The notes: a model not told the origin generated them from the sequence alone. A stretch of DNA of 64,000 nt from Lepidodermella squamata (GCA_047495785.1 JBLDXI010000018.1:496001-560000), one strand, 5' to 3'; numbered from the stretch's first letter, positions 36,829 to 49,812 are shown. Numbers and translations: made by a program.

Positions 36829-37040
36829 CCTCTTTATTCTTGCAAGGTTCATCTTTCTCTTTCCTACTATCTTTCCGTCTTTCAGGCCCTGCTGCTCGCA
36901 AGTCGCGTCACGTGATTTATTTTGCAAAATTTGGAATTACATGTAAAATTAAATTTAGTATTTAATTAAAATAATTTGCTCAATTGGGGTAAAAAATTTG
37001 ATTTAAAATTTAGCGGCACGCGTGGCGCGGAGCAACTTTT
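36829..37040 (+). promoter_or_regulatory. Duplicated E-box / AT-spacer / E-box-like module, copy 1
   Basis: TTTCAGGCCCT..GCTGCTCGCAA.TCGCGTCACGTGAT, 97-nt AT-rich spacer, GCGGCACGCGTGG. Homologous to 47911-48136. Confidence 0.55.
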
Positions 37041-37681
37041 GCCGTTCGTAGTTCCGTCATGTTGAACTTCCTTACTAAGGATAGTGGTTCGCGTGCCTTA
37101 GTAAGCATGCCTTAGCAAGCATATGCTTACTAAGGAGTGCCTTGCTAAGGATGGCTAGTAAGCATTCTGAGCGTGGCGTTCCCTTATCCTTACTAAGCAG
37201 TCCTTACTAAGGGTTGTCTTAGTAGACATGCTTAGTAAGGTTTTCACGCGAAATCAGCTGCTCTCCTAAATAAGGATACCGCACCGCTTAAATACCGCGT
37301 GTCGTCAAGTCAAAGGTCAAGTTCATGTAGTGATGTCGGTTTTTAGGCCAAAATATAGATCGAATATAGATCGAATATGGGATTCACGCCTGAAAAAATC
37401 AACAGTTAAAAAGTTTACGGCCTTAGATTGCGCACATTGATTGAACACGCGCGCGAATGACAGCACTTCACTCTCCTCATCCTTACTAAGCTATCCCTAG
37501 TAAGGGTCTCCTTAGTAAGCGTTCCTTAGTAAGCCTACGGCGGCCCAGTATGGTCAATCCTTACTAAGCTACCTTACTAAGGACGTTCTTAGTAGAGACA
37601 TGCTTAGCAAGGGTGAACGTCCCGATTGCTTACTAAGGCATCCTTAGTAAGGAAGTTCAACATGACGGAATTACGAACGGC
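37041..37681. mobile_element. 641-bp MITE (non-autonomous TIR transposon) with 8-bp TSD
   Basis: 42-bp TIRs GCCGTTCGTA(g/a)TTCCGTCATGTTGAACTTCCTTACTAAGGAT with one mismatch. TSD CAACTTTT at 37033-37040 and 37682-37689. About 20 subterminal CCTTA(C/G)TAAGG-like motifs. Confidence 0.95.
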
Positions 37682-37895
37682 CAACTTTTGGGTCTAGCCA
37701 AGATTTTGTTGGCAGCCGTGTATAGCGAGCTCTGCTGCTGCTGCTGCTGCTGCTACAGCTGTGGTCCAAAGTACAAAGTTCATCGTACATCACCATGTTA
37801 AACGTTGCTAAGGCATCAGTAGACAGTCTAGGCTTGCATCCAACTTAACGTAAATAAATATCGACTGCATCGCATTAGATATTTGATCATTTACA

Positions 37896-37928
37896 GGCGG
37901 ACATGCTCGCTTCGCTCGCATGCCCGCC
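37896..37928. repeat. GC-rich hairpin with TCGCTTCGCTC loop (copy 2)
   Basis: GGCGGaCATGC-TCGCTTCGCTC-GCATGcCCGCC. Same loop and same mismatch position as 17197-17237. Confidence 0.8.
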
Positions 37929-38626
37929 CACCCAGCACCTATGAACTGCTCAAGAACCTATACTCAAGTTATACTGTCGTTTTTCATGCTCACAAGCTGG
38001 TCTTATGTGTCTTTGTAGATTAATTACTCCATACTCTATACATAGAGCTTTACTATCGCATCGTCAATCTTTATCATTCTAGACGACGTTTAACAATCAG
38101 CTAATTAATTAATCAATTAACAAACAAGTGTACTTGTTTTAAACTGTTTTCCGCTCGCATGTGCGTCTAGTATGATTACCTGACATACGCCAACTTTAAA
38201 TTTGCGATATATTCCGATTTATTATATACTTATGCATAATTGCTTTTCTCAATTACACATAGATATTTTGCTGTTGTACAGCAACAACATTATTTTCGGC
38301 TAATCTATTGCTGATTACCAGCTGATTTCCTGCGATCACTGCAATCTGCTCTAATATCTACATATTTTCCTGCCAATACCGCTGCCGTTGCTGTCTTGAA
38401 CCGGTGGCAGTTGTTAACAGGAGCTACACTAGCAGTCGCACGCTACACGACAATTATCCCACTTTTTCCTTCCTGTTCTTATTCATTTTTTTGCGACCAA
38501 TACCAGCCAATTTTGATTTTATTTTTACTCAAAGTCGCATCTCTTGTTTTTCTTGTTTCTTCTTGTTCTTGCTCTTTGTGCCATCTTTCCCCCTAACAAA
38601 ATTTACCAAATTGTTTCGAGTGAATA

Positions 38627-39651
38627 ATGGCAAGTGGCTCAGGTGCGTATTGGCTTGGCGATGGCAATGGTGAGGAGCAAGTAGCTAGGGCTCTTGAATT
38701 GGGGGTTGGGCTAGTTGAGGAAGGGACGGCAGGGAATCAGGAAAATCGGGGTGGGGCGAGCAACTCTAAGCGGGGTGGTGGTGCTAGTGGTGGTGGTCGT
38801 GGTGGTCGTAAGAAAACTAGCAGTAGTTTCGTGCCTGCAAGGGCATTTCTACCCACCTTGCCTAGCCAACAGTCGATCCACTTGTTGACGGCTAGTGATG
38901 CTCGCGCTGCGTCGGCGACGGCTCCTTCTGCCAGTGACGTCGAGTTTGTCGACTACGACTTTGATGATGATGTCGTCATGGTGGAGGGGCCTAGTAGCCA
39001 GACCAGGTCCGAAAATAACATCGCGGACGACGACCTGCCCAACGACGATATGATTGATGGCGACGTCGACGCCGGGTTGTACTCGAGGCTGTCCGACCTC
39101 GCTAGCACTAGTACACCCGACGTCACGTTAAAGAAGCCATGTCGGGCAGTCGTCCGGGGCATCACTAGCGACTGCCGTGACCTGCGGATGATGAAGAAAC
39201 GCGGGCGTCATACCCACGTCTATAATGTCACCCTCTGTGACAATCTGGATGACCCTGCGAGTTCTCTTCTCCCAGGTCAGCGATGGACTTGGCTGGTGTC
39301 TGATCGCGTATTCAAAAACCTTAAAATTGGAACTGAAGTAATTACTATCAACAATTTCTTCATTTTCAATGAAATCCCCGCCCAGAATGAGCGCTTCTTT
39401 CCGGATGTGCGCTCTGCTTGCGTCCCCTCGACGTCTCCTGCGAAATCGTACCGCCGCACAATCGGCGCATGCTAGATTTCAAGGAGGCGTCGTCGATCGC
39501 GATCGTCGCACAGCCGAAGGATGCGCTCAGTTTGCCTTCGCCATCGCCATTCCGGTATTCGGACGATTATCATCGCTTCGTTCGGCCGTTGGATGGCGAC
39601 GGTGAGGTGAACTTGTCACTAGCTGGTGCCGTTGTCGGTTTCGAGCCGTGA
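38627..39651 (+). pseudogene. Diverged paralog of the RPA70-like OB gene with an acidic/Gly-rich N-extension; frameshift near 39410-39420
   Basis: VRGI...HTHVYNVTLCD...RWT...FPDV (first frame), then LDFKEASS...RYSDDY...EVNLSLAGAVVGF (second frame), align to 21509-22139. Confidence 0.75.
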
Positions 39652-41283
39652 GCTTTAACGTGGGCCAGAGAGCACTGAGCAATGTCGGGTCGATCCGATC
39701 CGAATTGCGACGACGTGCGTCTCCTAAACGTTTTTTTGTAAATTTGCCGGCGACATTATGTTCAAAGAATCGAATGAGATATCCAGTCTCGAGTTGCACT
39801 TAGCGTTGGCGATAAATAATTACGTCTCATCTCTCTATTTATCTCTCTCTCTCTCTCTGTCTGTCTGTCTCTCACCATCCATCCCTTCGTATTTTTTTCA
39901 TTCAAAGCTTGCTTGCCATGTTTTCTATCAGTCACACGGATGTTCAAAGACGACCCCTGGAGGGCTCATCAAGGCCTAAAAAGAAAAGGCCCATCAAAAA
40001 TTAAATATCATTTTTTCTTAATTTTTGAAAAAATTCCTTTTGTATAGATAATTACTGAAAGTTTAATAACAACCATGGGACCTGGACTTGGACCTGCTGC
40101 TTGTTAGAATGCCCGGCCACGTCATATTAGGAGAATTAGAAGAGGAGGCGACGTTAACATAATAGCATGGTAAGTTTAATTATTTTTATAAAACCCAAAA
40201 GATTTTCCATAATATCCTGATTATTTCCATTTCGTGGCACGAACGTGGCATGCATGGAAAAAACTGGAAAAGTTAGAAAAGGGTTATGCGACTTTCAGTT
40301 TGAGGCTCGGCTAGCACTTTGAGAAGGAGGATTTTATCGATAGAAAAGTGACACTTGAAAATAATTAGCCAGCAGCTAATTGCGTTAACTCGTCACATTA
40401 AAAAGTAACCCTTATTATTATTATTATACAGCGCCGCATTATAAAGGGAATTGCGAGGACAATGCGGCGGTTGTTTGGTTTGGGCCGAAAGAACAGCAGT
40501 GGACCCAATGTTATGCAAATGTACATTTCGACAGTTTCATCTTCGACAACGGCCGCATGGGCCAACCGAAACTGCTTAACTCGGACTACGACGGTGAATT
40601 TCTGGCCAACCCATCTGCAGTTAACCAGGCTACACAGGATAACAAAACTTTGAACCTTGTCATAACTTACGTGATAAATTTTACACTTGGAAACTCAATG
40701 AGTGTTGAAAAAAGTTGAGTGAGTAAAAAATCGGAAAATGGAAAAATTGCAGTTAATTGAAAATAAGAACAGCTGTTATTTCGCCACGATAATAGATGGA
40801 AGAAATGTTGATTATGTTGATCATCACAATAGTGAGTATGGAATGTAAAAACTACTATCTGCCCAGCCAGTTGCTCGTTCTTGCTGTTCAGCTCCGCATG
40901 TTCGGATATAGTCTGGCAGGCTGTTTTTACAAAGGCCATGATCTATAATTTGGGTGTTCAGGAGGATCTAGAATTTGATGTACCTAGAACTCGGCAGCTC
41001 GGCACATTCAAGAAAAACCAACAGCGAATGAGCAAAACTTATTTCAAAATTTTATTTTGTCATTTTTAGCGAGAAAAGAGACTAGAGATGATGCGACAAT
41101 TCGATGCACACTTCGATGAAGCACTTTCATAATATTTTTGAAGATAGGTATCGTCATCAACAGGTCATCATTCTTTTAAGCACAGCGGCGATCACATTGA
41201 TTGAGAATATCGATGTTAGGTAAATAAATATGACAACAGAATATCAAATACTTAATCAGAGTAAAACAGCAGTCGGATGGATG

Positions 41284-42792
41284 TCAGAAGCAATTCGGCG
41301 GCTTCACCTCACGCTCGTACGTGTCCGGGTACCAGTACTGCATGATGGCCGAGTCGGGCGCCGGCAGGTTGTGCACGCTGCCCACCGACACCTGCCGCTG
41401 GTTGAGATTGGCGATGAGCGACGACGGGAAGCTGTCCGTCAGGTCGACGCCGGCGACGCGGGACAGCGCGCGGCCGACCGTGTCGGGCGACAGCCGCCGG
41501 AAGAACACGATTTCGCCCATCGCCTTGTTCAGGTACACGTTGTAGATGTTCTGGTTCGCGTCGTACAACACGTACAGCTCCGGTAGCTTCTCCTTCACCT
41601 GTCGAAATCGCATAATTAAGGCCATCTTCAATGCCATCGTCATAATTTCAATCAAATTAGCTAGGTATAAACCAATTCAAAAGACCTCACTACCTGAAAC
41701 AGGAATAACCAACTTTCCCCCTATGATTATTGTGTTAAAATGAGCGTGGTTTAAATGGGAAAATGAAGCCATCTTAGTAGGAAATCAGGATCAGCGAAAA
41801 ACGCAGCTCACAAGACACCGAACCCTTCTTCAAATCGATTCAGCTCAGTCACGTAACTAAGACAACAGTCCGAGGCTAGCTCGAAGACGTGAAGAAATTC
41901 AAATGATCGATCGATCAATCTAATTCGTTTGACTTTGGGGTCAAAAGCAGTGGCAATGCTGTTTCCTTGAATACCTTGAATACCCTTGAAAATTACTGTA
42001 GGTTTCTAAAATCAAAAACCCAAAAATAAATTTCCTGGCTGGTTCATGTCCTATTTTATTTTCGGAATTGAAAAGGAACTCGAAGGAATTTGATCAGAAT
42101 TGTTCAATTCCAGTGCTGTTTGATAGCTCTTCTAGCTCCCGCTAGAAAATCACGTGCTCGAATAAAATTGGCATGGCCGAAGTTTGCCTTACGGAAGTGA
42201 CAGGGTTATTCCGAAATCATCCTTGCATGACCGTGACCCGTAACCTCGCTTAGAATTGCCCTCACTTGCGAATCTAAGCTAAAGCCAAACCCCAACCCTA
42301 TCCCTAACCCAAACCCTGAACCTAACCCTTAGCTTAAAAACCCCTCGCTTGCCGCACAAGCTCTTACCTATAGGTATTAGCATGATAATAGCAATAATAA
42401 GTTTGAAAAGTGACCTGTGCGATGAGTTCGTGCTGCTGCAGGGACGACTTTTCGAGCTCGTCGTCGTAGACAACGCACAGGTCGACGTCGCGGTCGAAGG
42501 GCAGCAGCTTCGAGTAGCGGATGGCGCCCCAAAGCGTGCCGTAGCAGATGAAGTAGTTGACCTTGAGGTCGCTGAACAGCGCGCTCAGCTTCGCCAGCAG
42601 CATGTACATGTCGCCCTCGATGTCTTCCGGGTGGCTGCACGGCGCCGCGCCCTTCCACCACGCATCGGCCGAAGACGACGCGGCCATGCGCGAGCGGCTG
42701 TTCGCCAGCCAACTGAGCCCGCCCAGCAGCAGCACGATGCCGAGCAGCGCGACGAACACGCGTTTGCGCGCAAACAACTTCCAAAATATCAT
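41284..42792 (-). CDS. LicD-family (fukutin/FKRP-like) type II membrane phosphotransferase; exons 42792-42415, 41598-41284
   Basis: N-terminal TM anchor. YFICYGTLWGAIRYSKLLPFDRDVDL is the LicD GTLxGAxR...DxD motif. Phase-0 splice. Confidence 0.88.
42281..42330. repeat. Degenerate (CCCTAA)n-like tract in the LicD intron
   Basis: ccaaaccccaaccctatccctaacccaaaccctgaacctaaccctt. Confidence 0.5.
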
Positions 42793-43865
42793 TATTTGAA
42801 CCTCTCTAAAACAGTCAAAACATGAAACCTGTTATAGTCACAATAGTCATCTGTAAACGTGAATCGATTTGCGATGTCTTGCTAGCTTTGTGATAACCCT
42901 TGCGAAACAAGAAAAAGAAGACGCAGTATGGCTGATCAGTCTCGTTTTGTTTTATTCAAAAAAGACATCGTCATCATGGCCATCATAAATTTTAGTTTTT
43001 TTTGAAACATTAGTGACAATGCGCATCACAAATCTACGTAATAGCTTTCGAATTTCCGACTGCAGAATGCACACAACCGCCGGTATACACGCACAATTGT
43101 TGTGTTTTATATAATAGGTACTTATAAAATCCTTTCATTCGATTCGGTTTTCTTCTTCAGCTGCTGCTGCTGCTGTTGCCATCATTTTCCGAAGATGGCG
43201 GCGGACGAAGATGGGCAGAAAAAAGCAGTCATCAAATTGCAGTCATCATCGCATCGACACAGTTCGACTGGAGTTGCGTGGAATAAAACAAGAAACGAAA
43301 ATAAGAAGAACGAGTATGATGTTTAAAACACGGCAAATACACATGATGGAATGGGTTCCGACATTCACATTGCAGGAAATCAGATATAAGTTAAACTGAA
43401 CTACTTACTAGTCTTATAACACCCCCACCGCCATGTTTCCAAGCATGTTCAAAATAAGGCGAGGACAACGCGAGACAAGACGAGAAAGAACGCGTGTTGT
43501 GTTTTTTGTTGCTGAAATTCTTCACAGAAACAGAACCAAGACGATAAAATGACCGGATGACATTATCGCGCACAGCAATATACTTATATAAAAAAGTTGA
43601 AATTAGCCAGCTGGGCTGATTTTATTAGCAAAAAAGAAGAAGCTCGACTGCGAGAGAGATTGTTGACACGTGTTTTTGTAAGAAACGTTCAAACACATTG
43701 CAAATCGTAACAGAGAGAGAGAGAGATTAAGGCGATGATAGATGGTTGACACATTTATGCAGAAACAAGATCATACGCAAACATGGCAAGTTGCAGAATC
43801 TAGAATATTTAGTAGTATTAAAAGCAGATAATATGAAGAATGCTAGTCCGTTTATTAGATGTGTT

Positions 43866-46800
43866 TCACTCTTGAACCATGTACGAGAACTGGGCGTTGC
43901 GGCGGCGCTGGTACAGGTAGACGCCGAAGAGGGCGGCCATGGCGCCGACGATGAGCATGGCGAAGGCGAGGCCGGCCATGGCGCCGCCCGTGTGCCCGCT
44001 CACCACCGTCGTGTTGTTGATGACGTACGTCGTCGATCCGTTCACCACGATCGAGTCGCCGGCGAGGCGGAGGGTTGTCCGCACAGCCGGCACAGCCACT
44101 TTATTCGCAGGTAATCGCAGCGTGACGTTGCCAGCGTCGACGCTCGCGTTCAACGCCGCGACAATCTGCGCGACGGTGGCGAGGAGGGGCGCGTTCGCCA
44201 CGTTGCCCTGCGCCCACGTGCGGTTGCGCTCCAACAACCGGAACGACACGTCGAACACGCCCGTCTCGTTGCTGCCGCTGCTGCCGTTTGCTGCTTGATG
44301 GCAGTCGAGGTGCAGGTCGCCGATGCGGAGGCGCGAGAAGCCGCCGCTCACTGCCAACGCGTCGCCCACCGCCGCCTCGACGTCGCTCGGCGACACAGCG
44401 CCATTGTCCACCTGCGAGCACACAGTCGCCGAACCGGATGCAGATGCCGTGGTGTCGTTGAACGAGAGCACGTAAGTGGGCGTCGAACCGGCGCAGGCGT
44501 GGAAGTCGCCTGCCGCCGACCACACCGGCTGCGTCGCGTCGTCGACTTCGAGCGGCACGATGTTGGCCTTGTAGGCGGCGACTTGCGCCTGCGACGCGCT
44601 GTCGTAAACGAACGCCTGCACGCCCAGCAACAGGCCAGTGCCAGATTTGCTGCCCCCAGCTGCCGTCTGCCACGTGTCGACGGCGACGAGTTCGCTCGAC
44701 GCCACGAACAGCTTCACGATCGTGTACGCGCCTTTCGACGGGTAGTCGCTGCGCCGCGCCGCAAACACCGACGCCGGCAGCAGGCGGAACGTAGACTCGC
44801 CGCTGTACACCTACGACAACAACAACGACAACAACACAATTAGAACAAGTTGTCAGACTGCTTACTGCTTGCTTACAACTAGTTGAATAGTAATGGGGCT
44901 GAGGTGTCTCACGTAAGTAGTAACGCAAACAAAGGAAATACTCGGAAAAGGGATCAGAAACCCACTCTAAAATGACACAGAAAGTCCAGATCTCATGGCA
45001 ACAAAAATCTGAAATGCCATGTCAGAATAATAGTGAAGCATGTCTCTTGTGAATCTCATTGAAAAAACATCCGAAGAAATTCGATGCAAACTGGTAAAAG
45101 CCGAAAGTTACCATCGGGTTGTTGCCAGGGTAAATGGTCAATTTATTTCGTAAAATCGTGAATAAAGGGTGGAAGATTTCACCAGTGGGGGCCCAATTTC
45201 GAAAATTAGTTCAAGTTCTCAATTTTTATCCAAAATTACACATTGAGGCAATGGTTCGACGTAAAACCCGAAGCAGCATCTAGCCTGGAGCTTTCCCTAT
45301 TTCTAAAGTTTACAATAAGTATGTGAGAGAATTTGTTCACTTGGCATTAAACGACGACGGGAGGTGGACACATTCGAGAAAAAAGTGACCGGCCGCTGTT
45401 TTGCAAACCACAGACGCTGTATTCGAATGGCTTGGCTACCTCCTAGTACCTACATGCACTCGTTCATAATCTGCTTCGATCGCTTCGATGAAGCAGATAA
45501 CCAAAAAAGTCGTGAAATGAATATTTTCGTACACACGCTCGCTTCTTTGCATGACTTTTTGAAATCATTTAAACAGTATAACATGAACTCACATAGTCGA
45601 GGGCGCCCCAGTTGAGGATGGAGAGCAGGTCGCGGTCCATGGCGACAGTTTTGCTCGTGGCATTGAGGAGCGTGGCCTCGGGCGAGTCGGCGGGGATCGG
45701 CAGCACGTAGCACTTGTCGAGACTGGGCAACACCAGCCACTCGACGCCCTGCGCGTAGTCGTGCACCACGTGCACCTGCACCGCCTCGCCCGTGTAGCTC
45801 GCCATGAACGCGTCCACGTTCTTGATCAGGTACGAGCCGCGGAACTCCTTGCTCGGCACCACGAACGACCGCCGCACCAGCTTGCGGTCAAAGTCGACTC
45901 GCTCGGCGCGAACAACCACCGCCTTGTCGTTGTCGACCGACTCCTCGAGCGTGAAGTGCAACTGGCCGCTCGAGGCCGGCAGCGTGAGATTGCGGCCCGG
46001 CTCGCCGTTCACCGCGAACGGGCAGTAGACGTTGAGCGGCAGGATCATGTCCGTCAGCGACTGGTTCTTCACCGGCACCGCCGCCGCCTGGCTTTGGTAC
46101 GAGATGCGGTACGTCAGTGTCACGTTCACCAGCTTCGCGTTCGGCTTGTTGTCCGCAAACGCGCCCTGGTCGACGTTGCTCAGCGTCAACCGCATCATGT
46201 ACGGCTTGTCCGAATTCGCGAATCGGTTCGTCGAGTTCGTCACAACGAACAACTCGACGAGGCCGGTCGTGTTGAGTGGCGCCGGCAGGGCCATGCACGT
46301 CGTGTACACTTGCGCGCGTTCGACCCCGAAATCGAACAGCCATGACTGCTCCGAGATGTTCAGCGACGCGACACTCGCCGACTGGTTCTTGAGCGTAGCC
46401 AGCAGTTGCTTGAAGCCACTCACCACAACGCCGCCGCCGCCTGTGCTGCTTGTCGGCGTGATGAAACCGCCGACGAGCACGTTGATCGAGTAATTCGACG
46501 ACACGTCGTAGCCGTTGCAAACCGTGTCTGCAATGTTACAAATAAACATTATGAAGGGTAGGTAGCTAGTTACATCAGCTCATGAAACAACAGTGGTCGT
46601 CAATACCTATCACAGCAAACATTATACCACAATACCACTACTAACAATTTCGATCAACTATTGGAGAAGATGAGCGTCTTTTCGAAGCATCATCACACTC
46701 AATTTAGGGTATTTCGATTGCAGCTTCTGTCCCAGTCTTCATGAGGAACCATTTTGGGAGGCGCGCAAACTCATCGAAATGCTATGGAAGAGCTGATTTA

Positions 46801-47664
46801 ACATGAGGGCGGACTCGATCAGGGCCAACTCAACAAACTTGAAACTGCCACCAATGGATGGGTGGCTGAGCCTACTACCGTATATACCGATTTAGAAGGC
46901 TCTGCCTTGTAATTTGATCAATCACCCCGCGGCGATTTAGATTTCTACAATATATATCATAAGCTCAGCGATTTCGAAAACAAATCAACTATGGGTAACT
47001 TGCTCGAGCACGTCCCCATGGACATCAACAAAGGTCTTTATGATCAAGTTTCAACTTTCTTCAAATTACGTATTAGAAGAACGCAGCCCCGTCAAAATTG
47101 GGCATCAAGTTACATAGAGGCCCTCTAGTCTGTGTGTTCCTGCTGTGCGCCTCTTGTTCCTCTATATTTATCTGACTGCGAAATTCTGCAGTTGTAACTT
47201 CTCGTACGACCAAGTTCCACAGTATCGAAAGAGAAACACGAAAACGATTGCGAACATTCAAAAATAAAGATACAAAAATGACATACTGTTTTCGACGTTG
47301 GTGAGCCATTTTCTGTCGTTGTTGAAGATCCACCGCTTCGTACAACCGCTCGCATAGTTGCGGCATTCGACGTCAACCAGCTTGCCATCACTCGTGGCTC
47401 GTTCAGTAAACGTCATTTGGTCCTGCATGTCTTTACCGCTACCACGCTGTTTGTTATATGTATTTAAGATAAAATTGATTCATAAGTAATATCAAGAAAA
47501 CATACAATCACTGAAGCAACTGATATCGACAGCTCATATGAGTTGCCGAAGTTTTTCGAAAAGTCTGGCAGGGCAACTGTTTCGTTAGACGGTAGCACGC
47601 ACTGAGCGTAGGTAACAGCAGCCAGACAGCAGCCGAACACTATCACTCCAAGTGTTATTGTCAT
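43866..47664 (-). CDS. Type I membrane glycoprotein, possibly with ependymin/LolA-like domains; exons 47664-47506, 47446-47287, 46527-45593, 44810-43866
   Basis: Signal peptide MTITLGVIVFGCCLAAVTYA, many NxS/T sites, VVHDYAQGVEWLVLPSLDKCYVLPI segment, TM GAMAGLAFAMLIVGAMAALFGVYLY and a short Tyr-containing tail. The domain call is tentative. Confidence 0.75.
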
Positions 47665-47910
47665 TATAATAATAGTACTAGAGCATCAAAAAGAAATATA
47701 TCCAATCTACTGTTTCACATAGTGTTGATCTTTCTTTTTGCAGCAACATCTTTCTCTTCCGTGACGACTGCTACTAGCAGGTAGGGGTAGGGGTTGGCTC
47801 GGACCTTTAAAGGAATATGGCCACACACTTAAGCGTTAGGTGGTGGCTGCGGGCATAGATTAAAACAACAGCTTGCAAGATTAAGTAAGTAATTACTTGG
47901 ATACTCCAGA

Positions 47911-48136
47911 CTCTCTTTATTCTTTACATTAGTATTCCTATCTTTCCCCCGTCTTTCTCTTTCAGGCCCTAATGCTGCTCGCAACTCGCGTCACGTGATT
48001 TAATGTCCAAAATTTCGAATTTTATGTAAATTAAATTTTTTTTATTAGATTAAATTAATTTGCACAATTTAGGTGAATAATTTATTTTAAAAATTCGCGG
48101 CACACGTGGGTGAGGGAGGTCCAAGCCATATAAAAG
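47911..48136 (+). promoter_or_regulatory. Duplicated E-box / AT-spacer / E-box module, copy 2, followed by a TATA box
   Basis: GTCACGTGA at 47990-47998, 98-nt AT-rich spacer, GCGGCACACGTGG at 48097-48109, TATAAAAG at 48129-48136. Confidence 0.6.
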
Positions 48137-48154
48137 CGCTTTTTGGCTGCTGTG

Positions 48155-48445
48155 GTCAAGTTTGCCAACAGCGCAGTTATTCGAATGTTCTCAAATGGTG
48201 TTCGTTAACATCGACGATGATCACTGCGAACCAGTTCTTCGCGGCCGTAAGTTGTTGATTTGCAATCACCGTTTTCGAGCGTTTTTGCAATCACCCACTA
48301 AATTGTTTGAATAGTAAAGTAAAGAGTTCGGAATTCAAGAGAAGTATAATTCACTTACGCCATGTTATAGCGAGTAGAGTTTAGTGGCCTTCAATCATTC
48401 GTGTTACCTGAATTGGCGTTGGCCCAGCACAATACCGAAGTCAGA
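48155..48445 (+). ncRNA. Candidate structured ncRNA, diverged copy 3
   Basis: Collinear blocks GTCAAGTTTGCCAACAGCGC, TTAA..TCG.CGAT.ATCAC, GCCGTA, TCGAG, TCACCCAC, TGAATTGGC, GCACA..GTCAGA. Starts 26 nt after the first base of the TATA box. Confidence 0.45.
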
Positions 48446-49387
48446 GATAAGTAACTTTGAAATACTAAGACTGAGACTGTGTTCATGCCAATTCGAATAA
48501 AATTTAAAAATAATTCGTGTCTTGTGAACTTGGAATGACGAACCGAGGTTTTTGCAGAAATATTAGCTATTTAACAATCAAATATTATTATCAAGGGAGA
48601 GACAGGAAAGAACGGCTCAACAGGTTTTCATTTGTGTGTATACCACAACTGTCCGACTCAAGCGACTCGTTCGGAAGACCCATGGCCTCGGCCCTCGGCT
48701 CATCCATTTAACGAATGGGACGTCTGAAACATATCAAGGAATTTGTGATTTTTTTACACCACCGCACTGCGACGACGCGCGAAATTATGTTTCACAAGCC
48801 ACTTTGTCAGGTAGTATCAAATAATACATAATATTACATTTTCATGAAAAAAATTCCCGTAATATTTTTATTTGTCTATTCGCGATAATATGCGAGTTTT
48901 TTTCGCGACGCCGCTCATCCCGACGAACGATCAGAAAGAAGAGTAAAGAAATTTGACTTGCGCCGCAGTTCCGACATGGCGCCAGCACATGGCTATCGGG
49001 TCGTTTTCGTATTTGCTGCGTTTTTAAATAACTAAAATTTGAAATATAATATATTGAACAAACAAAATAACATATTTTGATTGGCATGATCGTTGGTTCA
49101 TATTATATGAATGATATTGACTGATGGACAGAAGGTACAGTGAAAGTTTATAGTATGAGAAAATATAATATCAGCATGACTTGAAATGATGAGCTGGGCT
49201 CCAAAATGATAGGTATATCTGAAGAAAATAGAAGAAGAACGGATGCAGATCACAGAAGACACAATGAAGAATCAATATCCTGGAATATATTATGAGCATC
49301 AGCACTGCTTCAAAAAATAGTATCAACTGAAATTGAACGGTGAGTTTTCGAGAACAACTTGCTGGATAGAGGCATCATCCAATGTCA

Positions 49388-49772
49388 TCACTGCATCCTC
49401 GTTTGTTTCCACTGCTGCAGGTGAGGTTGCTGGTTCGCCATCACCAAAGTGCGGGCCATTGGAAGAGGAGAAGCAATTCGCTGCTGCTGTTCGTTTTGCA
49501 GCTTTTTCGCCTGCTTGCGTTGCCGGCGTTCTTCTTTCTTCTGCTGTTTTTTCGTGTCATACTGCTGCCAGGCCTGAAGAGCCTGTCGCCGGCGAAGTTC
49601 GAACAAGTGCGTGCCAGGGTGCGCGTAGCCCGTGTCCAACAGCGGCTGCTGCTGTTGCACTGGCTTCCTCTCATCGGTTCGATCGTCATCGCCAGCATCC
49701 ATCGCTTCGCCGTCATCATCAGCATTATCGTCTTGGCGATTAGCCGGGGCTGCTACTGAAATCGGCTGCTGC

Positions 49773-49812
<40 letters not shown>

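Noticed and set aside
36907-37025. Resemblance to a budding-yeast point centromere (CDEI GTCACGTG + AT-rich CDEII)
   Set aside because: No CDEIII TTCCGAA core, animal gene context, and two copies 11 kb apart. A promoter or repeat is more parsimonious.
37070-37652. CRISPR-like array of CCTTACTAAGG repeats
   Set aside because: Short motifs in mixed orientation with irregular tiny spacers, inside TIRs with a TSD. These are transposase-binding subterminal repeats.
42281-42330. Chromosome-fusion telomere relic
   Set aside because: Only ~50 bp, highly degenerate, single orientation and intronic.
43939-46520. Long antisense and alternate-frame ORFs over GC-rich exons (also at 22767-23540 and 35151-35866)
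   Set aside because: Shadow ORFs expected from high GC3 codon bias. No recognisable domains.
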